Assembly: GCA_965209055.1 (NCBI GenBank)
Contig: OZ242374.1
Coordinates: forward strand, 320,001 to 384,000
Length of the DNA: 64,000 nt
Direction of reading: 5' to 3'
DNA from: Acidobacteriota bacterium
Lineage (GTDB): Bacteria; Acidobacteriota; UBA6911; RPQK01; JAJDTT01
Below, piece after piece: positions 19,101-29,283 of the stretch. The position numbers and the translations under genes were made by a program. Under the pieces are notes generated by a model. The model saw nothing but the letters and a program-made list of their open reading frames with translations, was not told where the DNA came from and ran no database searches. The stretch's first letter is position 1. Every line of letters starts with the position of its first letter.

Positions 19101-21713
19101 ATGGCACCGCGCGGCAGCAAGGCGAGGCGGAACATCGAGACTTACGCGCACTCCGATAAGGAACGTGTCAACAACCCGCCGGTCGGATTGGTGACACCGG
19201 AGACAGATAGAGACGCTGGCGGTCAGCCCTACGCCCACGACCCGCATCTCGACCCTCAACTCTCCTGGGCCGGCAAGGCGGAGCACACATCCTTCGACGT
19301 ACCGACGGTCTCACTGCATGTGCACGAGCGGATCGACCCGCGTACGATTATCGAAGCGGTACGCAAGCCGAACGGCACCAAACGGCAGATGTCGCTGTTC
19401 GCTTCACCAAGTGAGAACCCGCCGCTCCGCCAAGCTATCGAGTTCTACAGGCACCGCCACAACTGGACCAACCGGCTGATCGCCGGTGACAGCCTTCTGG
19501 TCATGAACAGCATGATCGAGAAGGAGGGCTTGGGAGGACACGTCCAGATGGTCTACATCGACCCGCCTTACGGAATCCGCTACGGCTCCAACTTCCAGCC
19601 TTTCGTGAACCGGCGCGACGTGAGGGACGGCCGAGATGAGGATCTTACCCATGAGCCGGAGACGATCCGTGCTTTCCGAGATACTTGGGAGCTTGGCATC
19701 CACTCCTATCTCTCGCATCTGCGGGATCGTTTGTTGCTGGCGCGTGAACTACTCCATGAAACCGGAAGCTGCTTCGTACAGATCGGCGATGAGAACGTAC
19801 ACCACGTCCGGGAGGTGCTGGACGAGGTATTTGGGACGCACAATTATGTTACGCAGATCTATTTTTCGACCACAGGTGGGTTCGCTTCGTCAACGCTGAG
19901 CAGGGTCGGCGATTACCTTGTTTGGTATGCACGCGATCGATCCCGCATCAAGTGTCATCAGCTCTTCCAGGGCAAGCCGGGAATGGATACCGGAGATGCC
20001 GCCTATAAGAATCTCGAACTGGCGGACGGATCCCGAAGGTCTATGTCACGGGAGGAGCGCAACGGTCGTGAGCCGATTCCCGACGGCGCCCGAATCTTCA
20101 CCTATGACAATCTCCAGGGTTCAGGTTCGGCGAGCATTGACACGCCCTTTGAGTTCAACGGTGAAATATTCCGGCCCAATAGAAACAACCACTGGAAGGC
20201 GGCTTGGCCGGACGGAATGGCGCGGCTCAGGGCCGCCCGCCGCATCGGTCGTGTTGGGAATACGCTCCGGTACATTCGGTATATGGAGGACAATCCGGTA
20301 AACCCGCTGACAAATTCGTGGATGGATACGTCGTTTGCGGGGTTTGCGACGAACAAAAAGTACGTTGTAGAAACCAACCCCAAGGTTGTCCAGCGCTGTA
20401 TCTTGATGACCACGGATCCCGGCGATCTGGTCTTCGATCCGACCTGCGGTAGCGGAACCAGTGCGTACGTTGCCGAGCAATGGGGGCGGCGCTGGATCAC
20501 CTGCGACACGTCTCGAGTGGCAACCGCCTTGGCCAAACAGCGTCTGATGACCGCCAAGTTCGACTACTACGATCTTGCGCAAGCGGATGAAGGAGTTGGC
20601 AGCGGCTTCAAATATAAAACCGTGCCTCATGTGACCCTCGGCTCCATCGCCAACAACCCGGACATCAGCGAGGGTATGACACGGGAGCAGATCGGTCACG
20701 CCATCACGCGGCATGCGTCGCAGAAGACACTTTACGATCAGCCTGCTACCGACCGTACCAAAGCTCGCGTGACAGGCCCGTTCACGGTCGAAGCGGTCCC
20801 CGCCCCGTCTGTGCTCCCACTCGACGACATTTCCGAGGGTGAGGTGTTGCCCGCCGACGCCTCGGTGGCGCGCACGGGGCCGACGATTCGACAAGGCGAC
20901 TGGCGCGACGAACTTCTGAAGACCGGCATTCGCGGCAAGGCTGGCCAACACGTCTCGTTCGTGCGGCTGGAGCCGTTGCCTGGCGCAAAATGGCTTCACG
21001 CCGAGGGCGAGACGAGGCTCGACGAAGCTCCGGGACAAGGTGCTCCAGACACCGCGCCTAGCTCTCGCGTAGTCGTATCGTTCGGGCCGGATCACGCACC
21101 GATGGAGCAACGTCAAGTGGCGCTCGCGATCGAGGAATCGCATCGCTTGGTTCCGAAGCCGGCGGTCATCGTCTTCGCGGCATTTCAGTTCGACCCCGAG
21201 ACGTCGAAGGACATCGACGAGACAAACTGGCCCGGCGTCACGTTGCTCAAGGCGCAGATGAACGCCGACCTACTGACCGATGACCTCAAGAAGAAACGGG
21301 CGAGTAACGAGAGCTTCTGGCTCATTGGCCAACCGGACGTGGCGCTGGAGCACATTCCGGAAGGGGAGGACGAAGGCAGATTCCAGGTCTCGGTCCGAGG
21401 ATTCGACTACTACAACACAAAGACCGGCAATGTGGAGTCCGGCGGAGCCGACCGGATCGCACTCTGGATGCTTGACCCTGACTACGACGGGCGTAGCCTG
21501 TTCCCGCACCAAGTGTTTTTCCCGATGGCCAGCGCCAAGGATGGCTGGGCTAAGCTGGCCCGGAGCCTCAAAGCCGAGATCGACGCGACACTGATGACAT
21601 CCTACCATGGGACCGTCTCCCTCCCCTTCAAGTCTGGCAAGCAGGGGCGCGTAGCGGTCAAGATCGTGGACGACCGAGGTGTCGAGAGCCTCAAGATCGT
21701 GGAATTGGAGTAG
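19101..21713 (+). CDS. mod: Type III R-M methyltransferase (Mod, beta-class N6-adenine MTase)
   Basis: YIDPPY catalytic motif precedes the FDPTCGSGT SAM motif; GGGAGG RBS before the ATG at 19101. Confidence 0.92.
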   Translation: MAPRGSKARRNIETYAHSDKERVNNPPVGLVTPETDRDAGGQPYAHDPHLDPQLSWAGKAEHTSFDVPTVSLHVHERIDPRTIIEAVRKPNGTKRQMSLFASPSENPPLRQAIEFYRHRHNWTNRLIAGDSLLVMNSMIEKEGLGGHVQMVYIDPPYGIRYGSNFQPFVNRRDVRDGRDEDLTHEPETIRAFRDTWELGIHSYLSHLRDRLLLARELLHETGSCFVQIGDENVHHVREVLDEVFGTHNYVTQIYFSTTGGFASSTLSRVGDYLVWYARDRSRIKCHQLFQGKPGMDTGDAAYKNLELADGSRRSMSREERNGREPIPDGARIFTYDNLQGSGSASIDTPFEFNGEIFRPNRNNHWKAAWPDGMARLRAARRIGRVGNTLRYIRYMEDNPVNPLTNSWMDTSFAGFATNKKYVVETNPKVVQRCILMTTDPGDLVFDPTCGSGTSAYVAEQWGRRWITCDTSRVATALAKQRLMTAKFDYYDLAQADEGVGSGFKYKTVPHVTLGSIANNPDISEGMTREQIGHAITRHASQKTLYDQPATDRTKARVTGPFTVEAVPAPSVLPLDDISEGEVLPADASVARTGPTIRQGDWRDELLKTGIRGKAGQHVSFVRLEPLPGAKWLHAEGETRLDEAPGQGAPDTAPSSRVVVSFGPDHAPMEQRQVALAIEESHRLVPKPAVIVFAAFQFDPETSKDIDETNWPGVTLLKAQMNADLLTDDLKKKRASNESFWLIGQPDVALEHIPEGEDEGRFQVSVRGFDYYNTKTGNVESGGADRIALWMLDPDYDGRSLFPHQVFFPMASAKDGWAKLARSLKAEIDATLMTSYHGTVSLPFKSGKQGRVAVKIVDDRGVESLKIVELE

Positions 21714-22078
21714 TGGAGGCTTCAGTGCGCCCGGGGACCATGACTGCCAAAGACCAAGAGCGGCTGGCTTCCCGTATCGGCCTATCCATGAATGCCATCG
21801 CCGCGTTTTGCGACCGCTGGCAAGTGGAGGAACTTTCACTATTCGGTTCCGTGCTGCGCGATGATTTTGGGTGTGACAGCGACATCGACATACTGATCCG
21901 TTTCAAGACTCATCGTGCTCCGGGGCTGTTTGGGATTGCCGGAATGGAGCGGGAGCTGGCTGAATTGCTCGACCGCAGGGTCGATTTGGTGAACCGCGCC
22001 GCCATCGAGGAGAGTCGAAACTACATTCGTCGAAAGGCGATCCTGGAATCCGCGCAGGTTGTCTATGCCGCGCGATGA
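21713..22078 (+). CDS. Minimal nucleotidyltransferase (MNT) antitoxin
   Basis: LFGSVLRDDFGCDSDIDILI (GSX10DXD) and RVDLV. The start may instead be the ATG at 21740. Confidence 0.9.
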   Translation: MEASVRPGTMTAKDQERLASRIGLSMNAIAAFCDRWQVEELSLFGSVLRDDFGCDSDIDILIRFKTHRAPGLFGIAGMERELAELLDRRVDLVNRAAIEESRNYIRRKAILESAQVVYAAR

Positions 22079-22409
22079 CTCAGCGTATCTGCTGGACATG
22101 CTGCTTGCCGCGCGCGACGCGGTGTCCTTCACAGTAGGCATTTCGTACGACGAATTCGTACGAGACCGGCGGACCCAACTCTCTGTTCTGAAGTCGGTGG
22201 AGATCGTGGGCGAGGCGGCCGCACATGTGAGCGATGAAGCGAAGCGGGCGCACCCGGCCATCCCCTGGCGGGAGATCGTGGGCATCCGCAACCGTCTCGT
22301 ACACGTCTACTTCGACATAGACCTGCTACTCGTCTGGAATACGGTTCGTAATGACCTCCCGGTTCTGATTGGGCAATTAGAGCCCCTAGTACCACCGGAG
22401 GCCGGATAG
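22065..22409 (+). CDS. HEPN (DUF86/HepT-like) RNase toxin
   Basis: EIVGEAA and RNRLVHVY (RX4HXY). Confidence 0.9.
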   Translation: MPRDDSAYLLDMLLAARDAVSFTVGISYDEFVRDRRTQLSVLKSVEIVGEAAAHVSDEAKRAHPAIPWREIVGIRNRLVHVYFDIDLLLVWNTVRNDLPVLIGQLEPLVPPEAG

Positions 22410-25219
22410 TGCCACGCTCTACCATCGACCGGCTGATCGTCAATTCTCCCTACGAGGAACCGGCACAGCATTGGAGCTACGATCGGACTACGCGCCTGTT
22501 CGATCTTGCAGATGGTCGCAGACCCGCAGGATATGTGGTGGCATCGGGAGAGTCCCGGGCGTTCGACGATCCCGGCGCGTTTCGTGAAATTCCTCTGGTC
22601 AACCGAATCCGAGAGCGGGTCAAGGCGTGGCGTGCCGCTAGCTACCCCGGCGTGACAGGGATCACGAAGCGTCTTTTGGAGTACTGGCAGGATCCCGAAG
22701 AGTTCGAGAGCCGCCGGTTTTTCTTCTGCCAGCTTGAGGCGGTCGAAACGCTCATCTGGCTCACCGAAGCGCCGTCGGCCGAACGGGTGGGTATCGATAT
22801 CCCGTCCGACAGCGGCGCGTTCACGCGGCTCTGCGCCAAGATGGCGACCGGCTCCGGCAAGACCGTCGTCATGGCCATGGTCATCGCCTGGCATGTCCTC
22901 AACAAGGTGACAAACCCCCGAGATACCCGGTTCGCCCAGAATGTCCTTGTGGTCGCCCCCGGCCTTACGGTGCGGAGCCGACTGGCCGTTCTCGGACCGT
23001 CTCATGCCGAGAACTATTACGAGGCCTTCCGCGTCGTGCCTCCGGCACTGTTCGACAAGCTGCGCCGGGGCAAGGTCGTAATCCGCAACTGGCACGCGCT
23101 CAACTGGGAGACGGACGAGCGGATCGCCCGCAAGCGTAGCGTCGACAAGCGTGGCGCTAAGAGCGACGAAGCCTATGTCCGTGACGTGCTCGGGGACATG
23201 GCGAGCGCGAGGAACATTCTGGTGGTCAACGACGAGGCGCATCATGCATGGCGAGTGCCAGCCGGAGCCAAGATCAAGGGCGTCGCCAAGGGCACCGTCG
23301 AGGAAGCGACCAAATGGGTTGGCGGGTTGGACCGCATCCACCGGGCGCGGGGTATCCTCGTCTGCTACGACTTCTCCGCGACACCCTTCGTGCCATCGGG
23401 CAAGCGGAGTTCCGAAGAAGCGCTGTTCGGCTGGATCGTGAGCGATTTTGGCTTGAACGACGCCATCGAGTCCGGCTTGGTGAAGACGCCCCGGGTCGTG
23501 ATTCGCGACGATGCGGTGCCCGACGCCAAGACCTACAAGTCCCGCCTCTACCACATCTACAACGACTCTGAGGTCAGGGATGACCTTAACCGGCCGGCCA
23601 AGCCGGCGGAACCATTGCCGGACCTAGTGACGAACGGATACTACCTGCTCGGATACGACTGGCGCGAAACCGCCAGGGAATGGGCGGCGCGTGGAAATGC
23701 TACGCCTCCCGTGATGATCACAGTTGCTAACCGCACCCAGACAGCGGCCCGGATCAAACATGCGTTCGACCGCAAGCGGGTTCACATCGACGAACTCTGC
23801 GACCCCGAGCGGACGCTACATATCGACTCGAAGGTGCTCGCGACGGCAGAAGCCGCCGAGGAGCCGATCGCCAAGGTTGCAGCCGAAGGTAGCCGAGACC
23901 ACCCCGATAAGGTCCGAGTACGCAAATTGACGAAAAAGCAGCAGGCTGAACTGTTGCGTCAGCAGGTGGATACGGTGGGTCGGCTTGGACACGCAGGAGA
24001 ACGGATTCAGAACGTAATTTCGGTCGGAATGCTCTCGGAGGGCTGGGATGCGAAGACTGTCACCCACATCATGGGCCTCCGCGCCTTCACGAGTCAGCTT
24101 CTCTGTGAGCAGGTGGTGGGACGTGGACTGCGCCGCACGTCCTACGACGTGAACCCGAAAACCAGGCTTTTCGAGCCGGAATACGTCAACGTCTTCGGCG
24201 TACCCTTCACCTTCCTGCCGCACGAGGGCGGCGGGGATGGCCCACCCCCGCCGCCGAAACCCAAGACCGCTATTGAACCCGTGAGGGACAGACAACAGCT
24301 TTTCGAGATTTCATGGCCCAATGTCGTGCGTATCAATCACACCTACCGGCCGCGTCTGTCGCTCGATTGGGACCGGATAATGCCCCTCGTGCTCGATGCC
24401 GCCCGAACCGCACAGCTCGCCGAGCTGGCGCCCACGATCGACGGCAAGCCGGACACCACGAAGATTGATTCCATAGACCTCCAAGACCTCGCCCTCGAAT
24501 TCCGCACCCAGCGCATCATCTTCGAGACTGCGCGGGACGTGTACGACCAGATTCGGGAAAACTGGCCGGGCGAACGGACATTCCTGCTCGCGCAACTTGT
24601 GCGGCTCGTCGAACAGTTCATCCGGTCCGACAAGATCGCAATTATCCCCCCACTATTCCAAGTCGACGAGCTCAAGCGCCGCCTCGTCGTCACGCTAAAC
24701 ATGACCAAGGTGGTACAACACATCTGGGAAGCGATCCGCCACGAGAACACGGAGAGGCTAGAGCCGGTCTTCGACCGGGATCAGCCGATCCGCGCCACTG
24801 GAGACATGCGCACATGGTATACGGGTAAGCCTTGCGAACCCACGGCCCACAGCCACATCAACTTCTGCGTCTTCGACAGCGCGTGGGAAGCGTCCGAGGC
24901 TTTCGTGCTTGACAACGCCCCCGAGGTGGCCACGTGGGTTAAGAACGACCATCTTGGCTTCGAAGTGTTGTACGTCCATCGAGGCGTAGTGCGGAAATAC
25001 CGTCCCGACTTCCTTATCCGTCTCACGTCGGGCGACATGCTGGTGTTAGAGACCAAGGGCCGAGACACCGACCGCGAACGGACCAAGCGCATGTTCCTCG
25101 CCGAATGGGTCGAAGCCGTAAATCAGCATGGCGGGTTTGGACGCTGGGCTTGGGATGTCTCGACGACACCTGGCGACATCTACGGCATCCTCGAACGCCA
25201 CTTGCGCGGCGCTGCCTGA
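22409..25219 (+). CDS. res: Type III R-M restriction subunit (Res), DEAH helicase plus PD-(D/E)xK nuclease
   Basis: MATGSGKT, NDEAHH, SATP, MLSEGWD, QVVGRGLR, PDFLI...LETKG. Confidence 0.92.
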   Translation: MPRSTIDRLIVNSPYEEPAQHWSYDRTTRLFDLADGRRPAGYVVASGESRAFDDPGAFREIPLVNRIRERVKAWRAASYPGVTGITKRLLEYWQDPEEFESRRFFFCQLEAVETLIWLTEAPSAERVGIDIPSDSGAFTRLCAKMATGSGKTVVMAMVIAWHVLNKVTNPRDTRFAQNVLVVAPGLTVRSRLAVLGPSHAENYYEAFRVVPPALFDKLRRGKVVIRNWHALNWETDERIARKRSVDKRGAKSDEAYVRDVLGDMASARNILVVNDEAHHAWRVPAGAKIKGVAKGTVEEATKWVGGLDRIHRARGILVCYDFSATPFVPSGKRSSEEALFGWIVSDFGLNDAIESGLVKTPRVVIRDDAVPDAKTYKSRLYHIYNDSEVRDDLNRPAKPAEPLPDLVTNGYYLLGYDWRETAREWAARGNATPPVMITVANRTQTAARIKHAFDRKRVHIDELCDPERTLHIDSKVLATAEAAEEPIAKVAAEGSRDHPDKVRVRKLTKKQQAELLRQQVDTVGRLGHAGERIQNVISVGMLSEGWDAKTVTHIMGLRAFTSQLLCEQVVGRGLRRTSYDVNPKTRLFEPEYVNVFGVPFTFLPHEGGGDGPPPPPKPKTAIEPVRDRQQLFEISWPNVVRINHTYRPRLSLDWDRIMPLVLDAARTAQLAELAPTIDGKPDTTKIDSIDLQDLALEFRTQRIIFETARDVYDQIRENWPGERTFLLAQLVRLVEQFIRSDKIAIIPPLFQVDELKRRLVVTLNMTKVVQHIWEAIRHENTERLEPVFDRDQPIRATGDMRTWYTGKPCEPTAHSHINFCVFDSAWEASEAFVLDNAPEVATWVKNDHLGFEVLYVHRGVVRKYRPDFLIRLTSGDMLVLETKGRDTDRERTKRMFLAEWVEAVNQHGGFGRWAWDVSTTPGDIYGILERHLRGAA

Positions 25220-25405
25220 CCTGTACGAGTAGCCGGGCATGAGCCAAGGACGGACCGCGACTCACAAAGCTCGTCGCTCGCGACCCTACAAGGGGTTGTC
25301 GACGTTACTTGGTCGATTGCCGGATCCGAAGGCCGTCGGCATCTCGCGGTAGGCAGATCGCAAGGGACCGCGCACCCCAACTGTGCCGCCGCTGAAGGAG
25401 GAACG

Positions 25406-25981
25406 ATGATCTACCCGAAAGAAACGCTCACCCTAAAATTGTCAATGCCCCAGGAAGCCTGGGACCATTGGAAGTGCGGCCTGGGTAGGACACCGGTAGG
25501 AGCCGTTGTCCGAGAAGGGATTGAAGAGGTCCGGACACACCCCAAGGCACTCGCGAAACTAAAGCACCAATGCAAACATGTACGCGAATCTTCGGCGGCC
25601 TTTTCGAAAGATCTGCCAGAACCATCGGAGGCGGTCGTCATTGAGATTCAACTGCCCGGTGCTGACTGGATCGAGGTCTGTCAGCTGATCGGGGAACTAG
25701 ACACAGCCTTACACGACGGGCCGGTCAGCGACCAAGAACTACTCGCGGCGGTGATACTCGAGAGCGGAAGCTGGAAACAAACCGCAAAGGCCGAGTTTCG
25801 AGCTGGGTGGTGTACAAACCAACTGATTTCCTCTTCCACTAGCGGTCTGCTGAGATTCCACCTGGGAAAGCGGGGAAAGTTCGTAGCAGCAGTAGCAGCA
25901 GGAGCCACCGTGGTGATCGCAGCGACCACTGTTGCTCAAGCCGTGGCCTTATTTTGGGGGCTGTACTGCGAGTGCGGATAG
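25406..25981 (+). CDS. Hypothetical protein with a C-terminal hydrophobic helix
   Basis: AAGGAGG RBS; FVAAVAAGATVVIAATTVAQAVALFW putative TM segment. Confidence 0.6.
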   Translation: MIYPKETLTLKLSMPQEAWDHWKCGLGRTPVGAVVREGIEEVRTHPKALAKLKHQCKHVRESSAAFSKDLPEPSEAVVIEIQLPGADWIEVCQLIGELDTALHDGPVSDQELLAAVILESGSWKQTAKAEFRAGWCTNQLISSSTSGLLRFHLGKRGKFVAAVAAGATVVIAATTVAQAVALFWGLYCECG

Positions 25982-26132
25982 GGCGTGGTGATGACGACTG
26001 AACCGGCACGAGATCGACTGGGGGCAGAGGAGAGATGTCAATCTAACAACTCCTGACCATCATCGCTCCCTCTTCCGTTACGATCGCCACTGGACCTTCG
26101 TTACGCTCGACAGACGATGATGCAAGCCGATG

Positions 26133-27503
26133 TTACCCGCGCTTAAGTAAGAGATTCAGCTCACGTTGTACGACTACGTACGGAAGACGCCTAAGGCTGA
26201 ACCGCTCGTAAAGTGGTGACAGCAGCTCGTGGACCACCTCGGCCAGATTGGCACTCAGGGTGTCCACACCAACATTCGTCGATAGCGAAACATCGTTGTC
26301 CCGGCAAATGCCCCCGGCCCAGACGGTGTCCCGCATCGGGTTTGCCCACGCGTACAGTCGCCTCCTGCGAAGTCCGGTATACCGGGCAACAAAGGAGACC
26401 GAATGGCCGCCTATGCGATCGGCAAGATACGCAGCGTGCCGGAGTGCTTCTCCGACCCGCACAATCGGTAGCGTCGGGTCCACACAGGTGCCTGGTTGAA
26501 TCCGAGCCTCCGCTGCCCGATCACCGTCCTCCTCGTAGCCTCGAAGCAAAAAGGCGAGTCCATCGGGTGTTATGCGCCAGAAGTCGGCGTGGGCAGCATC
26601 GTGAAGGCCTCGCTGAGGTGCGCTCGGATCGTCCCCGAGCCAGCACTCTAGGGCACCGTCGCGGGCGTAGGGTTCGATCTCCGGCCGCGTTGGCACCCAC
26701 CACGGGGGCCAGCCTGTGAGACGCGGTGCATCGGCCAAAACATCCAGCAGGTCACGAAGTCCTCCGAAGAATCTTCCGCCGTCAACATGGTAGGCGAACG
26801 TAAAGAATCCGTGCGGACAACGTGCCGGGCTGTCGGGCGGGAGTCCGGCGATTCTGTTTCGCCAGATACCTTCAGACTCCGACACCCACCGATCCAGTCG
26901 GGATATTTCCGTCTGATTTCTTTCCGATGAAGGCCTGCCACTCAGCAGATCCCGGATGTGATCAAGCAGCTCATCTTGCCGCGCCCGCAAGCACCTTCCA
27001 AGTAGTTCGTCCCACTCGCGTCCATTGTCAGGTTGTGCGCTTTGCGGCCCCGGTCGGCGGATGTAGATTGTGTGTTGTCGAACTATCCGATCTTCCGGAC
27101 CGTTGCGCTTCGCGCGGATGGGAACTCGGTGACCGCCCGGAACACCAATGATCGGGTGAGTGACGCCCGAGGTGGGATGTGGGACGTAATGCACCGAACA
27201 ATGAAACGCAGGTTCTGCATAATTGTGAACGATCCCGTTCACCTTGTCCTGAGAGTAGGCGTCGAGAGTATCCGGTCGTCCATCGCCAGTCCTAAAACCG
27301 GCGTCCGTCTCTGTGAGTCCGATGATCACATGTCCCCCACCATGGTTCGCCAATGCAAGCAAGGCCTGGGCGAGTTTCGCTTTGTGTTCATTGTTCCCAG
27401 TGAGGTCCAGCCAGTTCTTGATCTCAATGTCGAGTGCTTCCTGCGGCTCGCGCAGTAGATCCGCAAGTCGATTGTGTTCTGGCGATGGCGACGTCACGCT
27501 CAT
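26133..27503 (-). CDS. Schlafen/AlbA_2-domain protein with an uncharacterised C-terminal domain
   Basis: EALDIEIK, ALANHGGGHVIIG and IYIRRPG motifs; AAGGAGG RBS. Confidence 0.82.
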   Translation of the reverse strand: MSVTSPSPEHNRLADLLREPQEALDIEIKNWLDLTGNNEHKAKLAQALLALANHGGGHVIIGLTETDAGFRTGDGRPDTLDAYSQDKVNGIVHNYAEPAFHCSVHYVPHPTSGVTHPIIGVPGGHRVPIRAKRNGPEDRIVRQHTIYIRRPGPQSAQPDNGREWDELLGRCLRARQDELLDHIRDLLSGRPSSERNQTEISRLDRWVSESEGIWRNRIAGLPPDSPARCPHGFFTFAYHVDGGRFFGGLRDLLDVLADAPRLTGWPPWWVPTRPEIEPYARDGALECWLGDDPSAPQRGLHDAAHADFWRITPDGLAFLLRGYEEDGDRAAEARIQPGTCVDPTLPIVRVGEALRHAAYLADRIGGHSVSFVARYTGLRRRRLYAWANPMRDTVWAGGICRDNDVSLSTNVGVDTLSANLAEVVHELLSPLYERFSLRRLPYVVVQRELNLLLKRG

Positions 27504-27901
27504 CGAGCGAGCCTCCTTTGCAGGCGTTTCAGGTCTGTCCTGAAGCCAACCATAGCATCCCTGACACGCCCCGTCCCATCGCGAAACCGCCTGCGGCGTC
27601 GCAACGCCGTCCTTTTCATCGAGACGAGCCGCCCTTCATCGCTATCGACCTGACCCGATTATGGACTTTGCCAACAATATTTCGCGGTCCACGGGGAAGG
27701 AGCATTCCCCCGATTCGCGGTGGCTCTCGGCCTCGGCCAGCAGATCTTCAGGACCGGGGCTTCGGGATTCCACAATAATTCTCCGAGAGAAGCTGTAGAG
27801 AGCGAGTCTCAGGGAGATAGAGGAGAGTGTCTGGGTCTTACCCTTGGGAAACAATTGCGGGATGTGGATCCGAGGCCGTCCTGCATTGATGACATGCGCG
27901 C

Positions 27902-28147
27902 GTCCCCAGTTCCACCATCAGCGTGGCGACCGTGGCCCAGTACCTGGACAAGGTCATCAGCACGATTCGCAAACTTGCCGATCTGAACATCATCCAAACC
28001 AGAGCCGACATGGATACTGCCGGCCGACATCGTCGCCCTGGAGGACCTGAACGCCGACGTCGATTCTCTGGAGCCGTGGTACGATTCGCCTCACGGCGAA
28101 GAACCCGGATCCAGAAAGGAGGAGATGCATGGGCATCTACAAGGTGA
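27902..28147 (+). pseudogene. Possible degenerate HTH excisionase upstream of the integrase
   Basis: ISVATVAQYLDKVISTIRKL resembles the Xis/HTH_17 pattern; in-frame stop at 27890 and no good start codon. Confidence 0.35.
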
Positions 28148-29217
28148 AGGATCGCCGGGGGAGACGACGCTATGTCGTCAGCAAGTACTGGCCGAACGGA
28201 TCCGGTCGGCTCCGAATGTACGCCCCCAACTACCGGAGCGCACAGGCGCTTCAAACACGAATCGAGTCCAGCATCCTGGACGGCACCTGGAAGCAGCTCA
28301 AGGAGGAGCTCGCCGGTGGGAAACGCACCATCTGGACGGTCCGGAGCTTCTACGAGCGTTTCTTCGAGGAGTACTGCAAACCTCGCATGCGCTCCCGGCG
28401 TCGCTATGCGCTCTCGTTCAAGAGCCTCAACGCCATGGTGGGGAACATTCCCCTGAAGGAGTTCCAACGCAAGGACCTTCACCGCTACGTCGCGAAACGG
28501 AAGGGGCAGGTCCAGCCGGCCACGGTGAACCGGGACATTGCCGCCATCAGCAAGCTGTTTTCCTACGCGCTGGAGTGCGGGGAAGTGGACACGCACCCGC
28601 TGGTGAGATTCCCCAAACTCAAAGAACCCAAGAAGGTCTTCCGGCCCTTGACGGTTCAACAGTTCCGCGACCTGGTCGAGGCGATGGACAACCCTTACCT
28701 GCAAGCCATGGTTGCGGTGATCGGCGAGACGGGGATACGAAAAGGCGAAGCCTTGTCGCTCACCTGGAAACGGGTGGACCTATCCCGGAGGCTGCTATGG
28801 GTGGAATTCACCAAGAACGACGAGCCGAGGGAGATCCCGCTGTCGAAGTACGCTGCTGGATATCTGGCCGGTCTGGTTCGTTACCTGAACACCCCTTACG
28901 TCTTCGTCAACACCCGGACCGGGACGAGATGGGTGAATCCGGACAAGCCGTTGCGTCGAGCCGCCGAGCGGGTGGGGTTGAAGGTCGGGTTTCACGACCT
29001 GAGACGATTCCGGTGCAGCCATTGGCTGATGCAGGGGGTGGACGTGAGGACGGTGCAGAAGCTGATGGGTCACTCGGCGATCAGCACGACGATGCGCTAC
29101 GCGGGGTACGTCAGTTCCCATGCGCTTGCCAGCATTCGGGAGGCACAGGCTACCGAAGACTCACAAACGCGCCCGGCAACAAACAGGCAACAGCTAGGAA
29201 ATAGGAGGAATGATTAG
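28129..29217 (+). CDS. Phage-type tyrosine integrase
   Basis: Full catalytic set: TGIR (R), TKN (K), HDLR (H, R), LMGH (H), TTMRY (Y). N-terminal arm-binding-like and SAM-like regions; GGAGGAG RBS. Confidence 0.95.
   Translation: MGIYKVKDRRGRRRYVVSKYWPNGSGRLRMYAPNYRSAQALQTRIESSILDGTWKQLKEELAGGKRTIWTVRSFYERFFEEYCKPRMRSRRRYALSFKSLNAMVGNIPLKEFQRKDLHRYVAKRKGQVQPATVNRDIAAISKLFSYALECGEVDTHPLVRFPKLKEPKKVFRPLTVQQFRDLVEAMDNPYLQAMVAVIGETGIRKGEALSLTWKRVDLSRRLLWVEFTKNDEPREIPLSKYAAGYLAGLVRYLNTPYVFVNTRTGTRWVNPDKPLRRAAERVGLKVGFHDLRRFRCSHWLMQGVDVRTVQKLMGHSAISTTMRYAGYVSSHALASIREAQATEDSQTRPATNRQQLGNRRND
29175..29193 (+). repeat. Putative integrase arm-type sites (right)
   Basis: GGCAACAAACAGGCAACAG within the integrase 3' tail; matches the left-end repeat. 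Confidence 0.7.
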
Positions 29218-29232
29218 AGGAGAGAGGGGGCG

Positions 29233-29245
29233 TAAACCTTTGAAA
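29233..29245 (-). promoter_or_regulatory. IHF-like site in the right att arm
   Basis: Reverse strand reads TTTCAAAGGTTTA. Confidence 0.5.
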
Positions 29246-29283
29246 ATAAATGCGCTCGACCTAATCTCAGCAGGACAGAGCAC

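Noticed and set aside
26041-26140. ATCTAAC as an integron attC R'' box
   Set aside because: No matching GTTRRRY box or paired L boxes, and the integrase lacks obvious IntI features.
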